Assembly (NCBI GenBank): GCA_020435965.1
Contig: JAGQYS010000010.1
Location: 12,687 to 76,686 of the forward strand
Origin: Flavobacteriaceae bacterium
GTDB lineage: Bacteria; Bacteroidota; Bacteroidia; Flavobacteriales; Flavobacteriaceae
Reading direction: 5' to 3'
DNA length: 64,000 nucleotides
In this document: one piece after another, positions 55,714 through 64,000 of the stretch
Numbering within the stretch: the first letter of the stretch is position 1
How the letters are laid out: the number at the start of each line of letters is the position of its first letter
The notes under the pieces: generated by a model
Databases searched by the model: none
Told to the model about the DNA's origin: nothing
The model's input: the letters and a program-made list of their open reading frames with translations, nothing else
Program-made: the position numbers and the translations under genes

Positions 55714-56919
55714 TTAAGCCGTTTTTGTTTTAAGACGCTTAAGTCTACGTTTAACATTACCTTGAACCACATAATGATCAATAGTTGGTGCAAATACGTT
55801 CATTAATAAAATAGCAAGCATTACACCTTCAGGATAAGCTGGGTTGAACACTCGAATCATAATTGAAATAAAACCAGCTAAAAACCCATAAATCCATTTT
55901 CCTTTATTGGTTTGTGAGGCAGTAACAGGATCTGTTGCCATGAACACTGTACCAAAAGCAAAACCACCTATTATTAAGTGATGCCACCAAGTGGTACTCA
56001 TTAAGCTATAAAATTTACTGCTTTCTCCTATCCATCCTGAATCTACAACTCCATTAAAAATTAATCCCATGGCTAATCCACCTAATGTCATAGATAGCAT
56101 GATTCTCCAACTTCCAATTTTTGTGAATATTAAGAACAAACCTGCTAGTAAGATTAATAGTGCAGACGTCTCTCCAACAGAACCTGGAATAATTCCGTAG
56201 AACATATCCATTATGCTATAAGAAGCTTCATGGCCTTGAGCTAAACTTCCTAAAATAGTTTCTCCTGAAATTGCATCAGGTGTTCCAGCGCGTTCTACTG
56301 CACCATGAACCCAAACTTTATCACCAGACATCCATGTTGGATAAGCAAAGAATAAAAAGGCTCTAATAGTTAAAGCTGGGTTAAGAATATTCATTCCTGT
56401 ACCACCAAAAACTTCTTTACCAATAACAACTCCAAAAGCGACTGCAACAGCGAGCATCCAAAGAGGAATATCAACAGGTACAATTAATGGCACTAACATT
56501 CCTGTTACCAAATAACCTTCTTCTACTTCGTGTTTTTTGATGATTGCGAATAAAAACTCTATTCCTAATCCAACTCCATAAGATACAATCACTAAAGGTA
56601 GCACTTTCCAAAGTCCTATTACTAAGTTATCCCAAGACCAGAAAATTGGATCCAAAAATCCGCTTGCTCTTGAAATATCGCCTAAGGCTAAGTGGTGCTG
56701 ATAACCAGCGTTAAACATACCAAAGATTAAACATGGAATCAATGCCATGATAACCGTATTCATTGTACGTTTTAAATCGTCGGCTGCTTTTATATGAGTT
56801 CCACCATGAGTGGTCTCATTTGGTAAGTATAAAAACGTATGGATTGCGTTAAACGCAGGCGCCATTTTGGTTCCTTTATACTTTTCTTTTAAATTGTGTA
56901 AGTTTTGTTTTAAGCCCAT
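55714..56919 (-). CDS. nqrB: Na+-NQR subunit B
   Basis: 401 aa polytopic; NqrB/RnfD pattern incl. PDAISGETILGS flavinylation-site region; TAATG overlap with nqrA. Confidence 0.93.
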   Translation of the reverse strand: MGLKQNLHNLKEKYKGTKMAPAFNAIHTFLYLPNETTHGGTHIKAADDLKRTMNTVIMALIPCLIFGMFNAGYQHHLALGDISRASGFLDPIFWSWDNLVIGLWKVLPLVIVSYGVGLGIEFLFAIIKKHEVEEGYLVTGMLVPLIVPVDIPLWMLAVAVAFGVVIGKEVFGGTGMNILNPALTIRAFLFFAYPTWMSGDKVWVHGAVERAGTPDAISGETILGSLAQGHEASYSIMDMFYGIIPGSVGETSALLILLAGLFLIFTKIGSWRIMLSMTLGGLAMGLIFNGVVDSGWIGESSKFYSLMSTTWWHHLIIGGFAFGTVFMATDPVTASQTNKGKWIYGFLAGFISIMIRVFNPAYPEGVMLAILLMNVFAPTIDHYVVQGNVKRRLKRLKTKTA

Positions 56920-58274
56920 TATCCTATCTCTTTAAGCATTAAGTCTAAACCTTCTCTTATAATTTTTTGATGTGGTTGTTTAGACACACACACAAATTCT
57001 GTTAATGCAAAATCTTCAGGAGCTACTTCATACATACCTAAAGCCTCCATTTCATCAAGGTCTTTATACATACAAGCCTTTAAAATTTGCATTGGATAAA
57101 TATCTAAAGGAAACACTTCTTCATAAGTTCCTGTAGTCACAAAAGCACGATGTTCACCATTGGTATTGGTATTTAGATCGTATTTTTTCTTTGGGTTTAA
57201 CCAAGAAAATGTCAGAGCTCGTGAAGTAGAAATTTTATTGAAAACTGGTTTGTTCCATCCGAAGAATTCATAATCATCGCCTTCTGGAATTACTGTAATG
57301 GTGTTACTATAATAGTCAAGGTAACCATCAGGTTTAATCTGCTTCCCGCTTAATACATTTCCTGAAATGATTCTAACATTGGCATCTTTTTCAACACCAT
57401 GATCGTAAATCATTGTTGCTACTTCACAACCTAATTTTGTAGTAAAGTATCTTGGTTTTTTAACTGAGGAACCTACTAAAGCCACAACACGTTCTGCATT
57501 GAATTTTCCAGTAACTAACAATTCTCCAATAATTACAAGGTCTTGTGCATTAACTGTCCACACTGTTTCACCCTTATTAATAGGATCAACCTTATTGATT
57601 AAAGTGCCAACATTTCCTGATGGATGTGGTCCAGAAACTTTGTGAATGGTTACTCCTGCTAAATTACCTAAAGGAGAGTTAGCATTCTTTCCTACAGAAA
57701 TATGAACTTTCCCTTCTGTTAATTTTCCTAAGGCAGTCACAGCAGCTTGCAACTCTTTTTCTTTACCTTGAAGTGTAAAATCTAAATCAGCACTTAAAGG
57801 AGCAGACGCATAACCAGAAATAAAAATTGCTTTTGGTAATTTGCTTGGATTTGCAATCACATCATAAGGACGTTGCTTAATAAAAGGCCAACAACCAGCA
57901 GTTAATAATTTTGATTTTACCTCATCTGCAGAAGCACTATTAACATTTAATGATCCAAAATCTTGATATGCTTGTTCTTTATCTGCCTGAATTTTAATAG
58001 ATAAAATTCTTCGTTTTTCACCACGTGCTATCTCAATAACTTCACCAGATACTGGAGAAGCAAATTTTATTGCTTCATTAGATTTATCGTAAAAAATGGT
58101 TTCACCAGCTTTTACTTTTGATCCTTCTTTAGCAACAAGTTTTGGAATAACACTGTGAAAGTCTTCAGGTCTAATGGTGTAAAAATTGCTTATAATAGCA
58201 GCTTCTTTAGCCTTTTCGGCTTCACCTTTAAGATTAATGTCTAGACCTTTTTTGATTCGAATGTCGTTTGACAT
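56919..58274 (-). CDS. nqrA: Na+-NQR subunit A
   Basis: 451 aa; IRIKKGLDINLKG start typical of NqrA; first gene of the six-gene minus-strand operon. Confidence 0.93.
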   Translation of the reverse strand: MSNDIRIKKGLDINLKGEAEKAKEAAIISNFYTIRPEDFHSVIPKLVAKEGSKVKAGETIFYDKSNEAIKFASPVSGEVIEIARGEKRRILSIKIQADKEQAYQDFGSLNVNSASADEVKSKLLTAGCWPFIKQRPYDVIANPSKLPKAIFISGYASAPLSADLDFTLQGKEKELQAAVTALGKLTEGKVHISVGKNANSPLGNLAGVTIHKVSGPHPSGNVGTLINKVDPINKGETVWTVNAQDLVIIGELLVTGKFNAERVVALVGSSVKKPRYFTTKLGCEVATMIYDHGVEKDANVRIISGNVLSGKQIKPDGYLDYYSNTITVIPEGDDYEFFGWNKPVFNKISTSRALTFSWLNPKKKYDLNTNTNGEHRAFVTTGTYEEVFPLDIYPMQILKACMYKDLDEMEALGMYEVAPEDFALTEFVCVSKQPHQKIIREGLDLMLKEIG

Positions 58275-58429
58275 ATTTAATTTTTTGAGTTTAGTTGTCT
58301 AAAAATCCGTGCAAATTTACGAATTTAAAATGCAGTTTTCATAATAAATGAGCCAAAATTTAGCAATGATTTTTAGTATGAATTTTAAGGCACAGATTTT
58401 GTTTATCTTTACCACAAATATACTTATTA

Positions 58430-59680
58430 ATGACCTCAAAATATTTTAGTCTATTCATCACATTTTTTTGGTTTCAATTTATGGCAAGTCAAGTTGCTGA
58501 AGAAGTTGAACCTCCTTATTACATTAAAACCATTACTTTTAAAAGTAATACAAACGAAAGCGAATTGCCCATTTTAAGGTTAGGTGAGCGTTTGCAATTG
58601 GAGTTTGATGTATTGAATAATGAAGAAGCCGATTTTTACTATGTGATAGAACATTACGATTACGATTGGACGCCTTCACGACTTATAAAATCAAGATATT
58701 TACAAGGATTTGATGACCAACGTATTGTGAATTATGAAAACTCGTTTAACACATATCAATTGTATTCGCACTACAGATTGCAAATTCCAAACAATCAAAC
58801 TCAATTATTGGTTTCAGGGAATTATATGATGAAAATTTTTGATGAAAATGGTGAGTTGATGTTTAGTAGAAAATTTATGGTTTATGAAGATTTGGCAACT
58901 GTTGGTGTTGCAGTAAAGCGTTCTCGTGATGTGAGATATATTAACCAAAAGCAATCGGTTGATATCAGTATTGGTTCACTCAATTTAAATTTTGTTAACC
59001 CTAAGCAAACTGTCAATGTTGCCATCGTTCAGAATAACAACCTAAAAACTGCTATCACTGGTTTAAAACCTCAATATACACTTGGCAATGAGTTGCTTTA
59101 CAAATATGACACTGAAACCAGTTTTTGGGGAGGAAATGAGTACTTATTCTTTGAAAATAAAAATGTAAGAGGCGCTAATATTGGTGTACAGTTTTTTGAC
59201 TTAAAAGATTTGTACCACAACTATTTATACACAGATATTGTTAGAGCTAACAGGCCTTATACTTACAATCCAGATATTAATGGAAACTTTCTAATAACTG
59301 CGTTAGACACAGATAACGTTGACATTGAAGCCGATTATACTATACTTCATTTTTCGCTACAACATCCAGAAATGTTATTAGACAAAAATATACATGTATA
59401 TGGTAATTTTAATAATTACGCTATTACTGATGATACCAAAATGACTTTTAATCCTGATACCAATGTTTATGAAACACGTTTACTTTTAAAGCAAGGTTTC
59501 TACAATTACAAATATGTGGTGGTTGATAAAAACAATAATCTTGATGAAGGAGCTATTAGTGGGAATTTTGACCAAACAGAAAATAATTATAAAGTATTGG
59601 TCTATTATAGAGATTTGGGTGGTTTATACGACAAGATTATTGGTGTTGGTGAGGCTTCATCGACTTTAATTACCAATTAA
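58430..59680 (+). CDS. Secreted beta-rich protein, possibly DUF5103 / type IX secretion plug family
   Basis: 416 aa; signal peptide (FITFFWFQFMASQ). Length and N-terminal pattern (IKTITFKS...LPILRLGE.L.LEFD) resemble my recollection of DUF5103; not verifiable here. Confidence 0.4.
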   Translation: MTSKYFSLFITFFWFQFMASQVAEEVEPPYYIKTITFKSNTNESELPILRLGERLQLEFDVLNNEEADFYYVIEHYDYDWTPSRLIKSRYLQGFDDQRIVNYENSFNTYQLYSHYRLQIPNNQTQLLVSGNYMMKIFDENGELMFSRKFMVYEDLATVGVAVKRSRDVRYINQKQSVDISIGSLNLNFVNPKQTVNVAIVQNNNLKTAITGLKPQYTLGNELLYKYDTETSFWGGNEYLFFENKNVRGANIGVQFFDLKDLYHNYLYTDIVRANRPYTYNPDINGNFLITALDTDNVDIEADYTILHFSLQHPEMLLDKNIHVYGNFNNYAITDDTKMTFNPDTNVYETRLLLKQGFYNYKYVVVDKNNNLDEGAISGNFDQTENNYKVLVYYRDLGGLYDKIIGVGEASSTLITN

Positions 59681-59786
59681 CCCTTTGTTATGTTAAATTT
59701 ATGTTGGTTTATCTACTTTTACGCATTCCAATTGACGTGTTTAAATATTTTTAATTAAATTTAGCTTTAAAGTTTCAATAAAATCT

Positions 59787-60173
59787 ATGGTACAACAAGT
59801 AACACAAGGCATAAAAATTTCGGTCGAAACAAATTTTGAAGGCACTTTTTACAAAAACTATAAAGTGCATTTTGCTTTTGGTTATAAAGTTACCATTGAG
59901 AACCAAAGCAAAGACTCAGTGCAGCTAAATTCAAGACATTGGAGAATTCTCGATGCTTTAAATAATGTTGAGTTTGTTGATGGTGAAGGTGTTATAGGGA
60001 AAAAACCCATTTTAAAACCTGGAGAATCTCACACGTACACATCTGGATGTTTGCTTACATCTCCTTTTGGCGCTATGCAAGGACATTATAACATGGTAAA
60101 TTTCACAACTTCAAATACGTTTCAAGTTGCCATTCCAACATTTAAATTGAGCGCTCAGTTTGCACTTAATTAA
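59787..60173 (+). CDS. apaG: ApaG (DUF525) protein
   Basis: 128 aa; FAYKVTIEN-type core (FGYKVTIENQS...VQLNSRHWRI.D...V.GEGV.G..P.L.PGE...Y.S). Confidence 0.88.
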   Translation: MVQQVTQGIKISVETNFEGTFYKNYKVHFAFGYKVTIENQSKDSVQLNSRHWRILDALNNVEFVDGEGVIGKKPILKPGESHTYTSGCLLTSPFGAMQGHYNMVNFTTSNTFQVAIPTFKLSAQFALN

Positions 60174-61167
60174 ACTTCTTAGACAAAATAAATTTAAAAA
60201 CTTTGTTTTTTTGTTCTATGTGAAAAAAAGCACAATTTGAATATTGTATAAAACTATAGGTTTCTGAGTAATTGAAAGTGGCATCATGCACTAAATACAA
60301 ACCATCAACATCAATATTTCCATGTGGTGAAATTCGCTTAAACCTGTACAATTGCAATTGTTCTGTAAGATGCAATTCAAACCAAGCACCAGCAGCAATA
60401 CCGTCTAGCCACTGTGCATGATGACTTTTTATATCTGTATGTTTTGGCTCTAAGGTTCCAACAAAATTTGGCGAATGATCTTTTAATCGATCTAAAAAAT
60501 AACGCCTATTATCCTTTTTTACCGAAGATTGATACTCTGATATTTCTCCTTTCTCACTAACCTCATAAACATGGTTTTCAGTATCAGCAATCACCACATT
60601 GCCAATAGTACTTGGTGTAAACCATTTCGATTTTTTTAAGCGTTTCTTGATACCAACATTAGTAACTGAGGCTATCAAACTATCTGTAACAAATCGAGCG
60701 CAATTACAGCTGTTTTTTTCAAAAGCTGCATACTTAATAAACTGACGGTTTTGCATTCTTGTAATGTGGCTTCTTGCTTTCTCATAATCAACCTCCCTAC
60801 AAACCGAAGCAATTAATTTTCCATCACCATGGGTTAGCTTTGGGTGTGTTGCCAAAAATTCTAAAATGGCATTTAGGTTTTGTATTTTATCGCCTTTAAT
60901 ATCTGCTTTAATGGGAAAATCCAGTTCATGGTCAGTATCTCTTCCTCTTACGCGACCATTGGGAATTGGTGTAATGTAACGTCCAAAATCATGATACTCC
61001 AAAACACCTGTTGTTTTATCTATCAGCACCAATGCTGAGTGTCCAGCCCTTACATAATTTTTTTTTCCAATACCAAAATAGTGCATGTATGGTGAGTACC
61101 ATTCATCAGCAACCATGACTATGGTTTCAGGATAAGCCAAGGTTAAAACGATTGCTGAATTAGTCAT
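60166..61167 (-). CDS. Hypothetical protein with a His...His...NC-x-x-F pattern (possible permuted papain/LRAT-like thiol enzyme)
   Basis: 333 aa; AGH43SALVL, EYH59DFG and NSCNC156ARFV. The last resembles the NCEHF catalytic-Cys motif of LRAT/H-Rev107 enzymes. Motif-level inference only. Confidence 0.35.
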   Translation of the reverse strand: MTNSAIVLTLAYPETIVMVADEWYSPYMHYFGIGKKNYVRAGHSALVLIDKTTGVLEYHDFGRYITPIPNGRVRGRDTDHELDFPIKADIKGDKIQNLNAILEFLATHPKLTHGDGKLIASVCREVDYEKARSHITRMQNRQFIKYAAFEKNSCNCARFVTDSLIASVTNVGIKKRLKKSKWFTPSTIGNVVIADTENHVYEVSEKGEISEYQSSVKKDNRRYFLDRLKDHSPNFVGTLEPKHTDIKSHHAQWLDGIAAGAWFELHLTEQLQLYRFKRISPHGNIDVDGLYLVHDATFNYSETYSFIQYSNCAFFHIEQKNKVFKFILSKKFN

Positions 61168-61885
61168 TTATGGCTATTGGGAATTTGAACACTTGTTTTG
61201 AAGTATTATTTGTTTGAAGATTTTCAAAACTCATCTGCACCTCATTATTTAATTTTATAATTTGAGTTATACTTGTGGTTTTTACGAAAAACCTGTCCAT
61301 AATAACACCATAATCTTCATTGCCTAGTCCAGCGGTTTTATGAAATTTCATGATACTTTTAGAGGACAAATCCTTTTCATTTTTAAAATCGGCAAACCAT
61401 TGCAATCGTTCTTGTTTCATTTCGCTGTCATACAATGACGAAGATGACCATAATTTAGGCTCTAAAGGCAAATCACTAAGGTGTTTTTTTGTACCATCCC
61501 AGACCAGTTCCATGAATTTCATTGACGAACGCCACTCAACAATCACCAAAGTAAAAGGCTCAACACCATCTAATTTATAATTTTTAATTGCTTTTGCTAA
61601 ATTTTCGGCTACCAATAAATCTTTCATGACCACGCCTCTACTCAATCTATAAGACGCTTTACGCTTATGCATTTCAAATCCACCATTCAACACACACAAC
61701 ACACGTTGTTTTTCACTAACACCAATCCACGAACCTCCTGCAACCTCATCTTTTGGGAATAGCAACCTAGTATTATTAATGCGATAAAATTCTGGAGACA
61801 AGGTTGTTCTGTTTGGAGCTTCGTCTCTGTTTGAAGTCAACACAAAATCGTTTGTTCCAGTTGGAATAAGGGTTACCGTACACAT
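61160..61885 (-). CDS. NRDE-family (TANGO2-like) protein
   Basis: 241 aa; MCTV N-terminus with Cys2 and TSNRDE motif characteristic of the NRDE/TANGO2 family; overlaps the downstream gene by 8 nt (ATGACTAA). Confidence 0.8.
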   Translation of the reverse strand: MCTVTLIPTGTNDFVLTSNRDEAPNRTTLSPEFYRINNTRLLFPKDEVAGGSWIGVSEKQRVLCVLNGGFEMHKRKASYRLSRGVVMKDLLVAENLAKAIKNYKLDGVEPFTLVIVEWRSSMKFMELVWDGTKKHLSDLPLEPKLWSSSSLYDSEMKQERLQWFADFKNEKDLSSKSIMKFHKTAGLGNEDYGVIMDRFFVKTTSITQIIKLNNEVQMSFENLQTNNTSKQVFKFPIAIND

Positions 61886-61941
61886 GAGTTTTTAAGTCTG
61901 TAATCCATTGAGCAACTTACAAAATATCATCAAAAAAATCG

Positions 61942-61949
61942 TACCTTTG
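61942..61949 (+). promoter_or_regulatory. Bacteroidota-type -7 promoter box (TAccTTTG)
   Basis: TACCTTTG 35 nt upstream of pruA ATG 61985. Confidence 0.45.
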
Positions 61950-61984
61950 CAGTCATTTTTAATAATTATAAAACAAAATATATT

Positions 61985-63610
61985 ATGGGAAAAGGTTTCT
62001 TTAACGTACCAATTGCAGTCAACGAACCTGTAAAAAGTTATGCTCCAGGATCTCCAGAAAGAGAAGCTGTTTTAAAAGCTTACAAAGATATGTATAACAG
62101 TCACATTGATGTGCCAATGTACATTAACGGAAAAGACGTTACCACAGGAAATACGAGAACCTTGTCGCCTCCGCATGACCATAAACACGTGGTTGGAACT
62201 TTTCATTTAGCTGAAAAATCTCATGTAGAAGAAGCTATTGCAACTGCACTAGAAGCAAGAAAAGCTTGGGCAGATATGCCTTGGGAGCAGCGTGCAGGCA
62301 TCTTTTTAAAAGCAGCCGAATTAATTGCAGGCCCATACAGAGCAAAAATAAATGCTGCTACCATGATAGCTCAATCTAAAACCATTCATCAAGCTGAAAT
62401 TGATTCAGCCTGCGAGTTGATAGATTTTTTACGTTTCAACGTTCAGTTTATGTCTAACATTTACATGGAGCAACCCGAAAGCACAAGTGATGCTTGGAAC
62501 CGAATTGAGTACAGACCACTTGAAGGGTTTACGTATGCTGTAACGCCTTTTAACTTTACTGCTATCGCTGGAAACTTACCATCTTGTATGGCTTTAATGG
62601 GAAATGTAGTGATTTGGAAGCCAAGTAACAACCAAATATATTCGGCTAAAGTCATTATGGATGTTTTTAAGGAAGCTGGTGTACCTGACGGTGTTATTAA
62701 TGTTGTTTTTGGAAATCCAGGAATGATTACAGATACCGTTATGGCTAATCCACATTTTTCTGGATTGCATTACACAGGTTCTACACCTGTTTTCCAGAGC
62801 TTATGGAAACAAATTGGAAATAATATTGAAAACTATAAAACCTACCCAAGAATTGTAGGTGAAACAGGAGGGAAAGACTTTATCGTAGCTCATAAATCTG
62901 CCGATGCAAAACAAGTAGCGACTGCTATTTCTAGAGGTGCTTTTGAATTCCAAGGGCAAAAATGTAGTGCTGCCTCTCGTGTATATATTCCAACTAATCT
63001 ATGGGATGACGTAAAAAAATATCTTGTAGAAGATATCAAATCATTTAAAATGGGCTCTCCTGAAGATATGAGTAATTTTATTACTGCTGTAATCAACGAA
63101 GGGTCTTTTGACAAATTAGCTAAATATATAGACCAAGCAAAAGCAGATAATGATGCTGAAATTATTGCTGGTGGTGGTTACGATAAAAGCAAAGGTTACT
63201 TTATAGAACCAACCGTTATTGTAACTACAAACCCAAAATATGACACGATGTGTACCGAGCTATTTGGTCCAATTGTTACTATTTATGTATATGATGAAAA
63301 AGCATATTCTGAAACCTTAAAATTGGTTGATGAAACCAGTGAATATGCTTTAACAGGAGCCATTTTAGCAACTGACAGATATGCTATAGTTGAAGCGACT
63401 AAAGCATTACAAAACTCTGCCGGAAACTTCTATATTAACGATAAACCAACAGGAGCAGTTGTAGGTCAGCAACCATTTGGTGGCGCAAGAGCCTCTGGAA
63501 CCAATGACAAAGCAGGTTCTGCTCAAAACTTATTACGTTGGGTATCTCCAAGAATGATTAAAGAAACGTTTGTAACACCAGTAGATTACAGGTATCCTTT
63601 TTTAGGATAA
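61985..63610 (+). CDS. pruA: L-glutamate gamma-semialdehyde (1-pyrroline-5-carboxylate) dehydrogenase
   Basis: 541 aa; ALDH core with ETGGKDF and catalytic FEFQGQKCSAASR, long N-terminal P5CDH-type extension. Confidence 0.9.
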   Translation: MGKGFFNVPIAVNEPVKSYAPGSPEREAVLKAYKDMYNSHIDVPMYINGKDVTTGNTRTLSPPHDHKHVVGTFHLAEKSHVEEAIATALEARKAWADMPWEQRAGIFLKAAELIAGPYRAKINAATMIAQSKTIHQAEIDSACELIDFLRFNVQFMSNIYMEQPESTSDAWNRIEYRPLEGFTYAVTPFNFTAIAGNLPSCMALMGNVVIWKPSNNQIYSAKVIMDVFKEAGVPDGVINVVFGNPGMITDTVMANPHFSGLHYTGSTPVFQSLWKQIGNNIENYKTYPRIVGETGGKDFIVAHKSADAKQVATAISRGAFEFQGQKCSAASRVYIPTNLWDDVKKYLVEDIKSFKMGSPEDMSNFITAVINEGSFDKLAKYIDQAKADNDAEIIAGGGYDKSKGYFIEPTVIVTTNPKYDTMCTELFGPIVTIYVYDEKAYSETLKLVDETSEYALTGAILATDRYAIVEATKALQNSAGNFYINDKPTGAVVGQQPFGGARASGTNDKAGSAQNLLRWVSPRMIKETFVTPVDYRYPFLG

Positions 63611-63632
63611 GAAATAGGTAACTCTCTTATTT

Positions 63633-63667
63633 AAAAACCCTTAAACAAAATGTTTAAGGGTTTTTTA
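63633..63667 (+). terminator. Rho-independent terminator
   Basis: aaaaacccttaaac / gtttaagggttttt stem, 5-nt loop, T run; 22 nt after the pruA stop. Confidence 0.85.
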
Positions 63668-63723
63668 TTGGTCTTTTTTGGGATTTCTTTTGTATCTTGA
63701 AGTGCTAATTAATCAACAATTAT

Positions 63724-64000
63724 TATGAAAAAAATTACTTTATTACTCTTACTCCCTTTTTCACTTTTTGCGCAAAACAATCTGAATTCTATTTTTAGTG
63801 ATTTAGATACATCAGGAATGAAAACCTCAATTTTGTTCAATCATTTTATGAGTTCATCAGATATTGTAAATGATTCTAAAACCCATTTTGATACCTATGG
63901 TTATTTTCAAGCCTACAATGAACTGGCAAGTGGCGACAAGCAAAAACGTTTCAAAGATTTTTCTTTTTTAAAGATGCTTCAAAAAGAAGAAAAATTAAAC
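63724..64000 (+). CDS. Secreted hypothetical protein, 5' part only (runs off window)
   Basis: Manual translation from ATG 63724: MKKITLLLLLPFSLFAQNNLNSIFSDLDTSGMKTS... gives a signal peptide and stays open to the window end; not in the ORF track. Confidence 0.45.

Noticed and set aside
1-64000. Search by eye for tRNA, rRNA, riboswitch-like leaders, tandem repeats and defence-system hallmarks (Cas, restriction-modification, toxin-antitoxin, retron RT, CBASS cyclase)
   Set aside because: I recognised none. Intergenic regions are short, mostly under 150 nt, and are accounted for by promoters, terminators or palindromic elements. This is a negative result from visual inspection only; tRNAscan, Rfam or DefenseFinder could overturn it.

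Overview
Gene-dense, visibly AT-rich chromosomal segment, about 66 protein genes. It looks like a Flavobacteriia (Bacteroidota) genome. Supporting signs: TAnnTTTG -7 promoter boxes in front of many genes, TGTCAT...ATGACA palindromic intergenic repeats, a Na+-NQR operon and a possible T9SS-associated gene. I found no rRNA, tRNA, CRISPR array, transposase, integrase or recognisable defence gene.

Most of the window is housekeeping:
- murB, lipA, gap, lpxK, msrA, gpmI, map, pruA, aqpZ, tatA
- two ECF-type sigma factors
- a hybrid histidine kinase
- several peptidases
- nqrABCDEF plus apbE
- umuDC

Four things stand out.
1. A paralogous family of single-pass membrane proteins: eight intact copies, one frameshifted copy and three orphan 5' stubs. 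Each has a nearly invariant ~48-aa N-terminal anchor (MIKFFRKIR...GKYFKYAIGEIxLVVIGILIALxxNNWNE) and a highly divergent ~200-aa C-terminal domain. The copies form tightly coupled tandem arrays that interrupt two otherwise coherent gene sets, the kynurenine cluster and nqr-apbE. They show signs of recent recombination: a 91-nt perfect repeat confined to the anchor, an A8 frameshift tract, and a start module (ATGATTAA) that carries stop codons in both other frames.
2. A eukaryote-like kynurenine-to-2-aminomuconate catabolic cluster (kynU, kmo, a RidA-like gene, ALDH, an atypical SDR, 3-HAO, ACMSD).
3. REP/MITE-like palindromic elements at most junctions of that cluster.
4. A UmuD homologue lacking the catalytic serine, and a translationally coupled NRDE/TANGO2-like plus His...Cys (LRAT-motif-like) gene pair.

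All functional calls rest on motif recognition by eye. No searches were run.
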